This document shows, piece by piece, positions 7,815-16,165 of a stretch of 24,638 nucleotides of DNA (the stretch's first letter is position 1; each line of letters begins with the position of its first letter). The position numbers and the translations under genes are program-made. The stretch comes from a virus (Duplodnaviria > Caudoviricetes). The stretch lies in IMG/VR virus record IMGVR_UViG_3300038559_000077, positions 1 through 24,638 of that record. One strand, 5' to 3'. A model generated the notes under the pieces. The model did no database searches and had not been told where the DNA came from. It saw only the letters and a program-made list of their open reading frames with translations.

Positions 7815-8505
7815 CTCGTCGTCCTCCCATCCTGTGGTTGATCGCTCCGACTATCCACGAAACCGGCTCCGCCGGCCTATCACGTTCGGCGTCCTCGATC
7901 GCGCGGCGGGCCAGCAGCGCGTCGTCGTTCGCCAGCTTCAGCCATTTGCCGATGAGGCCACGGCACGCCGTTTCCGGACGGCCGGTGAGCCGGATCAGCG
8001 ATTGAAGCCCATCCCGAAAAAGCTTCGTCCGCTCATCTAGCGGAAGCGTAGCTTCCGTACTCTTCTCTTCTCTTCTCTTCTCTATAGGGTCATCGAAAAG
8101 GACTGGCTCTATAGATTTCAAAGGCTTGTCGGCGGAACCATGGGGGGGTTCGGTCGAGGTCCGCCGGGGGTCCGCCGGGGGTTGCCCGGGGGTTGCCCGG
8201 GGGTCTGAGGTAGGTTTGCGCCTTCGCTCCCTGATTCGGCCTAGCTCCGTCGACGCTCTTTTGTTGGTGATTTTGCCTGCAACGACGACCAGCTTTCCGA
8301 GGTCGATGAGGGTCTTGAAGTTCTTCCGAAACGTCAGAATGTGCTGATGGCAACGGCCGGCGATTCCGGACTCATGAATGATGATCGGACCGTCGTTTAA
8401 ATAGATCAAATTGCAAATGACGTCGTAGACCCGATACTCGCCATCGGTCAGTCCTTCGGTGCCGTCCATCCAGGCTGATATGTGCCGCTGGAAAAACTCG
8501 ACCAT
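7645..8505 (-). CDS. DUF1376/YdaU-like replication initiator
   Basis: FFQRHISAWMDGTEGLTDGEYRVY...LIY N-terminus; EKRREEK linker; internal tandem repeats; GGAG RBS. Confidence 0.8.
   Translation of the reverse strand: MVEFFQRHISAWMDGTEGLTDGEYRVYDVICNLIYLNDGPIIIHESGIAGRCHQHILTFRKNFKTLIDLGKLVVVAGKITNKRASTELGRIRERRRKPTSDPRATPGQPPADPRRTSTEPPHGSADKPLKSIEPVLFDDPIEKRREEKSTEATLPLDERTKLFRDGLQSLIRLTGRPETACRGLIGKWLKLANDDALLARRAIEDAERDRPAEPVSWIVGAINHRMGGRRDGPGERSASRAAGQLEERIRTGEVTIPPRPTGARGLLNAASEAPLRLVPPGRCERS
8147..8212. repeat. 11-bp tandem iteron-like repeats (putative origin)
   Basis: GGTCCGCCGGG x2 (8158, 8169), GGTTGCCCGGG x2 (8180, 8191), degenerate GGT-led units at 8147 and 8202. Confidence 0.7.
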
Positions 8506-8545
8506 CAGGTGATCTCCGCGACGTCGCAACCGTCGACGAAGCACG

Positions 8546-9178
8546 TCATCCGAACTTCCCTGCTTCGTCCCCGCGAACGGTCCAGCCAGGGCGCTGCTGG
8601 CGTCCGAAGAGCTCGAGATAAGGACCGGCGGTATATCGCTCGATCCGTTCATAAGTCTGTTCCGGCTTCCGGGAGTGCTCACGGCGCGGTTCGAGGATCA
8701 ACTCGCGGATGTTTTTGGCGAGCCGCTTCGCGCTTCCACGTCTGGCGAGGAGACATAGTTCGGCGTTTTTGCGGGTTGTGAAACCGAGGCCGACGTGGAA
8801 GTCGCCGTCGACGCTCGGCAGGAATCGGAACTGGTTCGCGTCGAACGACTTCTTCAGCTTGATCCAGGTGAACGCGATCCCGCTATAGCGGAAACCCCAT
8901 GCGCGGATCACGCCGAACGCCTGCTCAAGGCAAGGTCCAGTCACCCATAGAAATAGGTGAGCATCTGGCGCGGCATAGTCGCCAACCGGGAGCGCAGCGA
9001 TCTGGGCCGCTGACATCACGCCGCCCTTGTAGTGGTGACGCGGATCGCGGCGAGACACGAAGTCGGTTCTGGTCCGGAAGAACCACGGTGGGTCGATGAG
9101 GACCGCCCCGAAGTGCCTCTCCGGCAATCCGTCGAAAAGCGGCGGGCGATTCGGCGCGCCGGGGATAGTTTTTTTCAT
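8546..9178 (-). CDS. MT-A70 family adenine methyltransferase
   Basis: LIDPPW, HLFLWVT, WGFRY, FTWIK, EHSRKPE, YLELFGR. Confidence 0.93.
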   Translation of the reverse strand: MKKTIPGAPNRPPLFDGLPERHFGAVLIDPPWFFRTRTDFVSRRDPRHHYKGGVMSAAQIAALPVGDYAAPDAHLFLWVTGPCLEQAFGVIRAWGFRYSGIAFTWIKLKKSFDANQFRFLPSVDGDFHVGLGFTTRKNAELCLLARRGSAKRLAKNIRELILEPRREHSRKPEQTYERIERYTAGPYLELFGRQQRPGWTVRGDEAGKFG

Positions 9179-9263
9179 TGCCGCGAATCCTTAGGAGAAT
9201 CGGGACTAGCGTGGAACGGCCGGGGAAGTCCACGTCTGTCTCGGCGAGTCCCCGCTATCCTAG

Positions 9264-9468
9264 TTATCCCGGGCCGAGGTCAGCCAGCATATTGCCCATC
9301 CGGGGAATCACCCGGATCTCCAGGCGCGCGCGGGTAGTCTTCCTCGACGAAAAGCGACCGCGGGTCCACCCATTCGAACTTCGGGCGCCGACCGACGATC
9401 TCCGCCGGCGCGACGCTGCGAAGCGAGTCGGGCGAAAGCGAAATGATCGAACGCAAGCCTTCGGTCAT
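9264..9468 (-). pseudogene. Truncated ParB-like N-terminal fragment plus an out-of-frame remnant
   Basis: RPKFEWVDPRSLFVEEDYPR resembles the ParB-like 'L.VD..YQR' start; the domain then stops. Confidence 0.55.
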
Positions 9469-9914
9469 AACAGGTCCCCTTCCAGAACTTCGATCTCTAC
9501 TCGCAGACGCGGGTGCTCGTCGTAAGTCTTGACCACCCTTCCGTCGACGACCTGGGTGTCGTCGTTCCAGATGATGCCCTTCAGCGCATCGGTCATTTTG
9601 CCGATGTTATCCCAGTCCGGCTTGACTGTCGGCCGAATCGCTCCCGCCAAGGCGGCGTCGCGCTTCTTCCTCGACCACGACGCGGGAACGGGCATAAACG
9701 CGGTTACCGTAAGCCGAAGCGGCCCCGTGATCGGTGCCGGTTTCCCGGCGCCGGCCATCGCCACCTTCGCGACGAGGGCGAGCGCCTTCTCATAGGCCCG
9801 CGTCTCCGCCGGCGTGTAGAGGGTCGCGAACTGCTTCCCAAACTTCGGCTTGACGATGCGAACGCCCGTCCGCTGCCAGCCGACGGGCTCGCCGAGTAGC
9901 TCGAAGGAGATCAC
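9465..9914 (-). CDS. rusA: RusA family Holliday junction resolvase
   Basis: KPDWDNIGKMTDALKGIIWNDDTQVV; PASWSRKKR. Confidence 0.93.
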   Translation of the reverse strand: MISFELLGEPVGWQRTGVRIVKPKFGKQFATLYTPAETRAYEKALALVAKVAMAGAGKPAPITGPLRLTVTAFMPVPASWSRKKRDAALAGAIRPTVKPDWDNIGKMTDALKGIIWNDDTQVVDGRVVKTYDEHPRLRVEIEVLEGDLL

Positions 9915-10333
9915 TCCTTCGGAGGCGCCGCCGCCTGGCGGTGCTGCGGGAACGAATGAACCTTGCCGCTACCGCCGCCGGATTTCTCGGACTTGTCGGC
10001 CCCTCCCTCATCGTCCTTCGGAGCCTCCTCAAGAGCCAACCGTTGCGCCTGCTTGGCGCGCTCGGCGAGCCCACTGACGTCCATCAAGTGAAGGAAGTCG
10101 TCGTAGTTATCGGCGAGCCGCTCCGGGGTCATCCGGTCGAACTGCCTGATCCAGCCGAACATCTTCTTGTTGAGATTGTACTTCTCGATCGCGGCGTTGA
10201 CCTTGCCGCCCATCGAGCCTTTGACCTCGTCGATGTCGTCCTGGCCGGAGCGCAGGTCCTTGAGGAGCGCCTTGCAAGCCTTCGCGTTAATCCGCTTCGC
10301 AGCGTCCGTTCCTGTTTCTTCGTCCTTCGCCAT
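9911..10333 (-). CDS. GapR/DUF2312-like DNA-binding protein (divergent)
   Basis: Helical pattern ...NLNKKMFGWIRQFDRMTPERL...FLHLMDVSGL parallels GapR; GGAGG RBS. Confidence 0.5.
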   Translation of the reverse strand: MAKDEETGTDAAKRINAKACKALLKDLRSGQDDIDEVKGSMGGKVNAAIEKYNLNKKMFGWIRQFDRMTPERLADNYDDFLHLMDVSGLAERAKQAQRLALEEAPKDDEGGADKSEKSGGGSGKVHSFPQHRQAAAPPKE

Positions 10334-10355
10334 GTCGTCCTCCGTTGGGGATTGA

Positions 10356-10559
10356 TCAGTGCACGCGCGCGCCAGCGCCGCCGCTGCCGAACTGGTCGCG
10401 CAGGTCTCTCAGGAACCGCCCCGCCATCTTGGCGGACGGCTCGCCGGTCTTCTGCTCCAGCCATGCCAGCCAAGCGATCGTCGGCTGGTCCAGCGGGATC
10501 GGCACGACTTCGACGTAAACGTCATCTTCGGGGCGGTTGCTCATGATGGCGGAGGTCAT
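10356..10559 (-). CDS. Hypothetical protein, possibly ribbon-helix-helix
   Basis: 67 aa ORF within the operon. Confidence 0.6.
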   Translation of the reverse strand: MTSAIMSNRPEDDVYVEVVPIPLDQPTIAWLAWLEQKTGEPSAKMAGRFLRDLRDQFGSGGAGARVH

Positions 10560-10609
10560 AGGCGATTCGACGCCTCCGCGCTATTCGTTAAAGCAAATTT
10601 TCAACCGGT

Positions 10610-10858
10610 TTAATTGCGATCCATGAAAATCGCGCGGAGCATCGGCCAGTCCGCATTGGGCGGCCAGTTCGCCCGAAACCACGCGATCATCTCATCAAGC
10701 TTGGCGAGCGATATCGAGACCTTGCCTTCCTTGAACTTCTGGAGGAAATACGCGCTGCCGTAGGCTCTTGTGCTGACCTGCGACAAGGACATCCGGTTCG
10801 CCTTTGCATAGGTGCCGGCGAGTATGAGCAGGTTTGTCCGGCACGTTTTGCTCATCAT
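10610..10858 (-). CDS. Cro-like HTH regulator
   Basis: YAKANRMSLSQVSTRAYGSAYFL...WFRANWPPNADWP; first gene of the replication operon. Confidence 0.75.
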   Translation of the reverse strand: MMSKTCRTNLLILAGTYAKANRMSLSQVSTRAYGSAYFLQKFKEGKVSISLAKLDEMIAWFRANWPPNADWPMLRAIFMDRN

Positions 10859-10900
10859 TGTTCGGGTTCCGTTGCCTATCGTGGCTGAGACTGAGCGCCT

Positions 10901-10929
10901 ATTTTAAGAAAAATCTCACGGTTACGCAA
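10901..10929 (-). promoter_or_regulatory. Sigma70-like promoter TTGCGT-N17-TAAAAT with operator-like motif in the spacer
   Basis: 17-bp spacing; AAGAAAAATCTCACG at 10906-10920. Confidence 0.75.
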
Positions 10930-10983
10930 GACCGGCACCAATCCCGCTCCAGGTGTTACCACTACCTTGATTCCGAAATGGCC

Positions 10984-11012
10984 TAGACGGAAGAAAAATT
11001 TCACGCTATAAC
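10984..11012 (+). promoter_or_regulatory. Sigma70-like promoter TAGACG-N17-TATAAC with operator-like motif in the spacer
   Basis: 17-bp spacing; AAGAAAAATTTCACG at 10991-11005. Confidence 0.72.
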
Positions 11013-11044
11013 CGACTCGCTTCGGAACCGAAGAGGGCCGATGG

Positions 11045-11206
11045 ATGAAACGCGATCTGATTGCATTAAACGGGTTTTCCGCGCCGCAGCGTCGATTCGA
11101 TGCCCCGGCCTTTGTCCTGGCCGCTGGCGGCCTTTCGCTCATCGTCGGCGTTCAACTGTGGGCAATCTTGCCCTATGCGGCCGCGCTTCTCTGGCTGGTC
11201 CGATGA
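11045..11206 (+). CDS. 53 aa membrane protein (not in ORF track)
   Basis: MKRDLIALNG...FVLAAGGLSLIVGVQLWAILPYAAALLWLVR; stop overlaps the HNH start (ATGA). Confidence 0.65.
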   Translation: MKRDLIALNGFSAPQRRFDAPAFVLAAGGLSLIVGVQLWAILPYAAALLWLVR

Positions 11207-11835
11207 AGACGCGGAAGAAGGACGAGGTCGACCGCTTCAAGGACTGGATCGCCAGATGTGGCGGTGAGGTCCTAGTCACCACGAACGAGTGGGAGGTTGT
11301 CCGTTTCCGCGGCGACGGCGTGACGTCGATCATCTACGTCAACAAATCCGGCACCCGGTCGTTCACCGGCCGCGCTCGCGCGGCATGGGACGCCTTCAAG
11401 ACCAACGACAACGCTTTCCGGATAACGAAGCGTCCCGTCGGGCTGAGCCAGCGCCAGCGGAAGAAGGCGCCGATCATCCGGACGCTCCTCGATCGCGACG
11501 GCCACGCCTGCTTTTATTGCGGTGATCCCTTTACCGACGCCCAGCCGCCGACGAAGGAACACCTGATCCCGAAGACCGCCGGCGGTCCGGATCACATCAG
11601 CAATCTCTTCCTCGCCTGCCACGCCTGCAACACCGAGGCCGGTCACATGAGCGTGCCGGAGAAGATCAGGATGCGCGACCGCAAGCGGCGCGGGCGCGGC
11701 TCCGCGCTGCTCCAGGGCGTCCTTGATTGCGGAGGCAACGTCGGCGGCAACAATCCGAGATTGCTCGGCGACATCAGGAATTTTTTGCACGCGGCTCCGG
11801 CCGCAACAGAGGAGAGTACCGATGCCACTGCCTGA
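11203..11835 (+). CDS. HNH endonuclease
   Basis: RDGHACFYCG...TKEHLIP...GG.DHISNLFLACHACN. Confidence 0.9.
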   Translation: MKTRKKDEVDRFKDWIARCGGEVLVTTNEWEVVRFRGDGVTSIIYVNKSGTRSFTGRARAAWDAFKTNDNAFRITKRPVGLSQRQRKKAPIIRTLLDRDGHACFYCGDPFTDAQPPTKEHLIPKTAGGPDHISNLFLACHACNTEAGHMSVPEKIRMRDRKRRGRGSALLQGVLDCGGNVGGNNPRLLGDIRNFLHAAPAATEESTDATA

Positions 11836-12316
11836 AGGATATTTGCCGCGCAAGGGCGACATCGTCGTCTTGCACGCGGTCGTGAAACACGACGTTGATC
11901 GAAGTGACAGCCTCGTCTTCCTAAACATCGTCGGCGACTACAGCCAGATATCTGTCGCTGCCGAAAAGATTGAGCAATTGTGGAGCCGTCATTGGGACGC
12001 CGGCGACGCGATTCAACTCATCAGCCGCGATCTAGCCGGGCGGCGCCCCGGTGAGGTCATGAGTGTCGACGGTGAGATGGTCTGGATCAAGTTTGCCGAT
12101 CAGGGCGAGCGATTCATGACGTTTCACGCGAATCAGATCGAACCACGCGTTCCGGAGGAGGACCTAAAGAAGGCGGACGATCTGATGCCGGCCGAACCGC
12201 CCGCATTCGATGTCGCTGGCGCGGACGTCCTGATGAAGCCGCCTCTTACCGGCAAGATGGAAACAATGCCGTGGCAGATGTTAACACTGAAGGAAAAACC
12301 CGATGTCGAATCCTGA
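11822..12316 (+). CDS. Hypothetical protein with two SH3/KOW-like repeats
   Basis: GAGGAG RBS; KGDIVVL... and AGDAIQL...GEVMSVDGEMVWIKF. Confidence 0.7.
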   Translation: MPLPEGYLPRKGDIVVLHAVVKHDVDRSDSLVFLNIVGDYSQISVAAEKIEQLWSRHWDAGDAIQLISRDLAGRRPGEVMSVDGEMVWIKFADQGERFMTFHANQIEPRVPEEDLKKADDLMPAEPPAFDVAGADVLMKPPLTGKMETMPWQMLTLKEKPDVES

Positions 12317-13217
12317 GACCGCCGAAAAGCTGGCCCCTATGGGCCACAACAACCCGCCGCTTCCCCGCCTGATCGCGGAGATGGAAGACCTTCCGGCTGA
12401 AGTTCTCAAATATCTCGAAGAGGACTTCGCCAGCATCCCGCGCCGCCTCGACGCCATGCTCGCGCGCGCACGGGACATTCCGAAAGAGATCGCCGACGAC
12501 GCGGTGATGGGCGAGGCCGCGAAGCTGGTAAAGGAGTTTCGCGACCTGACAAAGGAGATCGAGGCGACGCACGCCAAGGTGAGCGGGCCTTACTTCCGAA
12601 GCAAGCAGACGGCCGACAACTGGTTCTTCTCGCTATGGGATAAGGCCATCCGACGGGCGAAGACGAACAAGCCCGGCGCCGCCGACATACTCAGCGACCG
12701 GATCAACGACTACCAGCAGCGCAAGCTTCGCGCCGAGCAGGAACGTCGCCGCGTGGAAGAGGAGCGTCAGCGCCGCGCCGCGGAGGAAGCCCGTCGCGTC
12801 GAAGAGGCCGCCCGCCGGAAGGCTGAGGATGACCGCCTCGCCGCTGAGCGCGCCCGCAAGCCAGAGACGATCGAGCAGAAGGGGACCGTCGCCACCGAAT
12901 CGGAGCAAGTGGCGTCGACCGCTAGCATTGAAGCCGACATCGCGGCCGACAAGGCGCAGCAGGCCCATATCGACACGCTGGCGAAGCCGGCCGATATCGT
13001 GCGGACCCGTGTCGAGGAAGGCCCGACCGTGACGATGCAACGCGAAGCCTTTGCGATCGTGGTCGATGCGGCGCTCCTCGATGTCGCGAAGCTGTGGCCG
13101 TTCGTTGCGCTCGCCGAGAAGGAGAAAGCGTTGCGCGCCTGGGCGAAGAATACCGGGTACGGAACGCAGATGCCCGGCGCCGAGGTCGGCTACCGGCCGA
13201 AGACGGTCGTGCGATGA
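12303..13217 (+). CDS. Coiled-coil phage protein of the recombination module
   Basis: MGHNNPP start, long E/R/A coil, C-terminal MPGAEV. Confidence 0.8.
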   Translation: MSNPETAEKLAPMGHNNPPLPRLIAEMEDLPAEVLKYLEEDFASIPRRLDAMLARARDIPKEIADDAVMGEAAKLVKEFRDLTKEIEATHAKVSGPYFRSKQTADNWFFSLWDKAIRRAKTNKPGAADILSDRINDYQQRKLRAEQERRRVEEERQRRAAEEARRVEEAARRKAEDDRLAAERARKPETIEQKGTVATESEQVASTASIEADIAADKAQQAHIDTLAKPADIVRTRVEEGPTVTMQREAFAIVVDAALLDVAKLWPFVALAEKEKALRAWAKNTGYGTQMPGAEVGYRPKTVVR

Positions 13218-13296
13218 GCGCGTTTCTCCGCCGGGTCATCCGCAACGTCCGGCGGATATTCTTCGATCCGCACCCCGAAGAACGGGAGCAATGGCG

Positions 13297-13527
13297 ATGA
13301 TCTTCCGTCTCTACCACGAAACGCGGGGCGGCCATGTTCACTGCCGCCTCTTCGCCGGGAAACATGATGGCGCGCTCGGCAAGTGTGGCAACCTCACGAT
13401 GAAGGTCGATGAGTTTGAAGCCTTCGTTCGGCGCTTCGCCTTCATCGAGCTCAGACATGAGCGCACGCCCGGAGAGAAGCTTCTAGCTGACGGCTTGCCG
13501 TCCAACGCTGGGGAGGGAGAGACATGA
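13297..13527 (+). CDS. Hypothetical protein
   Basis: MIFRLYHETRGGHVHCRLFAG; overlapping start/stop codons. Confidence 0.65.
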   Translation: MIFRLYHETRGGHVHCRLFAGKHDGALGKCGNLTMKVDEFEAFVRRFAFIELRHERTPGEKLLADGLPSNAGEGET

Positions 13528-13748
13528 CCGCCATCGCCGAAGACGATCGCTACACGCCGCGCCGCGAGCGCGTCGTCATTCAAGTCCTGGAGAAGTGGAC
13601 TCACGGCGTGCTGATCCGCTCCGATCTCGAAGCCGAGATGACGCAAGCCGTCCGCGCCGCCGCCGATATGTCCTTCACGTCGAAGATCAATGATCTCGAC
13701 TGGGAGGACGCGACGCTGGCGCTACTAAATGAGGGCAACGATGATTAA
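13524..13748 (+). CDS. Hypothetical protein
   Basis: ATGA overlap; GGAG RBS. Confidence 0.65.
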   Translation: MTAIAEDDRYTPRRERVVIQVLEKWTHGVLIRSDLEAEMTQAVRAAADMSFTSKINDLDWEDATLALLNEGNDD

Positions 13749-13989
13749 AGCAAGCGCAAAGGGACGCGATGGCCGATCCTATCTCATCATCGGCCTTTCA
13801 CACGCCAACCTCGACAAACTCCGCTCGGACGGCACGGGCGGCTTCATTAAGATACTCGGCGCGGAGATGAAACTTCCGATCGACGTCATCATCACCGCGG
13901 GCGAAAACGAAACCACGTTGGCTCATGAGTTGGCGGAATTTATCGGCCCCGACACTGAGGTCCATATTGCGGAGAAGCTAAAACAATGA
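13741..13989 (+). CDS. Hypothetical phage protein
   Basis: MIKA...IIGLSHANLDKL; GAGG RBS. Confidence 0.7.
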   Translation: MIKASAKGRDGRSYLIIGLSHANLDKLRSDGTGGFIKILGAEMKLPIDVIITAGENETTLAHELAEFIGPDTEVHIAEKLKQ

Positions 13990-14288
13990 AATCGCTCGTC
14001 GCCCTCGTCGGCACCAAGTTTCGCGGCCCGGATATGGTCGCGCTTCTCGCGTCGCTCCCGAACGGTGAGCCGCTGATGCTCATCCGGGAGCCGACCAACA
14101 AGTTCGACCCGCGCGCCGTCCAGGTCTGGGCGCGTGGACAGCATCTCGGCTACGTGAAAAGCAATCAGAACGCGCAGATTGCGACCAGGATGGACCGCGC
14201 CCGCGCCGACGCCGATGATGACGTCCGGTTCAAGGGTAAGCTGGCGATCGATGGCGGCAAGCAGCCAATGGTGGAGATCGACGAATGA
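13986..14288 (+). CDS. Stand-alone HIRAN domain protein
   Basis: LVGTKFR...LIREPTNKFDPRAVQV...HLGYV. Confidence 0.88.
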   Translation: MKSLVALVGTKFRGPDMVALLASLPNGEPLMLIREPTNKFDPRAVQVWARGQHLGYVKSNQNAQIATRMDRARADADDDVRFKGKLAIDGGKQPMVEIDE

Positions 14289-14551
14289 CGGAGAGGCTGG
14301 AAGCCGCTGGGATCCGGCGGCGCGGCGTCGTCTTCGGGCGCGGGTTCAAATCGCACTGGGAACTCCGGGCTTCACTCGGCGACGCGGAACCGAACAGGAG
14401 CAGGCCCGGTGACGAGGAAGGCTTCATCACCTCAACCGGGCGCCTCGTCAGCCGGCGGGACGCGATCGCTATCGGGATCGCGGCTGGACAACTCGACCGG
14501 CAATGGCTGGGCGCTCACCGCGCGTTGCTGTCGTCGGATATAAATTGGTGA
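14285..14551 (+). CDS. Hypothetical phage protein
   Basis: EGFITSTGRLVSRRDA..I...AGQ...LLSSDINW. Confidence 0.7.
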   Translation: MTERLEAAGIRRRGVVFGRGFKSHWELRASLGDAEPNRSRPGDEEGFITSTGRLVSRRDAIAIGIAAGQLDRQWLGAHRALLSSDINW

Positions 14552-14583
14552 ATTGCGCGTCAGCGCCAACAGGAGAGTAAACG

Positions 14584-15495
14584 ATGACGAAGCCTCAAGC
14601 GAAAGAGCGGGAGCAGACGCCCGATTTGCTCAAGGACGTATCGCCCGGCGCCAAGCCGATCGCGCCCAAGACGCAGCCGAAGAACGCCGTCGCTAAGATC
14701 GCACCGGTCAAGCCGCCGGTGAGCGTGATGTCCGGGTTGGCCGAGCTGCTGAAGAATCCCGACCTTGATCCCGCGAAGGCGAGGGAGTTGTACGAGCTCT
14801 ATATGCTGACGGAAGCGAAGCAGCAGTTTCACGACGCGATGGTCGTGATGGACGAGCAGCTTCCCCGGATCAATAAGGACGGCAAGATTGATTTTCGGGA
14901 TACCACCAAGAAGCCGATCCTCTTCGCGTCCTTCGAGAACCTGAATCGGCAGATCAAGCCGATCATCCGCGGATACGGCTTCCGGCTGAACTTCCAGCCG
15001 GATACGGCGCCGGCCGGCCAGGGCCTCGTCGTTCATTGCCATCTAACTCGCGGACTTTATCGGGAGAGCTGCACCGTCCCGTGCCCGACAACATCGGCGA
15101 GCCCGGCCATGAACGCGCAGCAAGCGGTCGGCGCGGCGATCTCCTACGGCAAGCGGTACGGCACGATCGCTCTCCTCAACATCGAAACCGAGGCGCCGCA
15201 GGACCGGGACACCGATGCCGTCGTCGAGAAGAAGAATCTCCGCCCGGCTGCTGGCGCCGCCGCTGAGCCGAAGAACAACGCCCCGGCTGATCCGAACGCT
15301 ACGATCACCGGAGCCCAGGCGAAGGAGTTGCTCAAGGCGATTAACGACAGCGGGATCGAGGCGACTCGATTCATGGGGAAATATGAGATCAACGCCGTTC
15401 ACGAATTGAAAGCGGATCGCTTCCAGGAGGCGATGACCGCGCTGAAGGACTACGGCGAAGCCGCCGCGAAAGCTGCGAAGGTGCGCCGTGGGTAA
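14584..15495 (+). CDS. erf: ERF family ssDNA-annealing recombinase
   Basis: FASFENL...IKPII..YGF; QAVGAAISYGKRYGTIALLNI..E.D.D. Confidence 0.9.
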   Translation: MTKPQAKEREQTPDLLKDVSPGAKPIAPKTQPKNAVAKIAPVKPPVSVMSGLAELLKNPDLDPAKARELYELYMLTEAKQQFHDAMVVMDEQLPRINKDGKIDFRDTTKKPILFASFENLNRQIKPIIRGYGFRLNFQPDTAPAGQGLVVHCHLTRGLYRESCTVPCPTTSASPAMNAQQAVGAAISYGKRYGTIALLNIETEAPQDRDTDAVVEKKNLRPAAGAAAEPKNNAPADPNATITGAQAKELLKAINDSGIEATRFMGKYEINAVHELKADRFQEAMTALKDYGEAAAKAAKVRRG

Positions 15496-16165
15496 GGACG
15501 CAAAAAAAACGGCGCCGGCCGACGTCGTCGAGTTCTTCAGCGACGTTGCTCAGCGGTCCGACGACTGGTTCGAACTCCGGCGCGGCATTCCTACCGCGTC
15601 GAAGTTCGCGATCATCATGGCCGACGGACGTGACGGCAACGACAGCGTGACCCGTGAAAAGTACATGAAACTGCTCGCGGGCGAGATCGTCTCCGGCCAG
15701 GTCGCGGAGACGTTCAAGAGCGAAGCAATGGACCGCGGCACCCGCATGGAGCCCGAGGCGCGCGACTGGTACGCCCGCACCAAGTTCGTCGACCTGACGC
15801 CGATCGGCTTCGTCCGGCGCACCGTCCGCGTCCCGCTCGGCGAGGACTTCGTCATCGGTTGCTCGCCGGACTCGCAGGTCGACAAGCGCAAGGGCCTGGA
15901 GATCAAGACGATGGCGCCGCACCTCCTCGGCGAGATCAAGGAGCGCGGCGCCGCCGGCTTCCCGCTCGGGCACCGCGCGCAGCTGCACGGAACGATGCTC
16001 TGTTGCGATTGGGATGAGATGGATCTCCTCCTCTATTACACCGGCTGGCCGAAGCCGCCGGTATTTTCAGTCACGCGCGACGATCACTTCATCGCGCAGC
16101 TCAAGGAGCAGATCGAGGACTTCGACTACAAACTGAAGCGCCTCGTCGAGCGGTGGAGGCGTTGA
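15488..16165 (+). CDS. YqaJ/lambda-type exonuclease
   Basis: QRSDDWFELRRGIPTASKF, MDRGTRMEPEAR, GCSPD, GLEIK, AQLHG. Confidence 0.92.
   Translation: MGKDAKKTAPADVVEFFSDVAQRSDDWFELRRGIPTASKFAIIMADGRDGNDSVTREKYMKLLAGEIVSGQVAETFKSEAMDRGTRMEPEARDWYARTKFVDLTPIGFVRRTVRVPLGEDFVIGCSPDSQVDKRKGLEIKTMAPHLLGEIKERGAAGFPLGHRAQLHGTMLCCDWDEMDLLLYYTGWPKPPVFSVTRDDHFIAQLKEQIEDFDYKLKRLVERWRR

Noticed and set aside
8147-8212. Tandem repeats as a CRISPR array
   Set aside because: No spacers, 11-bp units, no cas genes
5476-11101. 12-mer CGTCGATTCGAT at 5476 and 11090 (likewise GAAATGGAGAAT at 5603 and 22301)
   Set aside because: Isolated 12-mer matches are expected by chance in 25 kb and share no clear context
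11203-11835. HNH as the restriction partner of the methylases
   Set aside because: Not adjacent to or coupled with any methylase; free-standing HNH genes are common in phages
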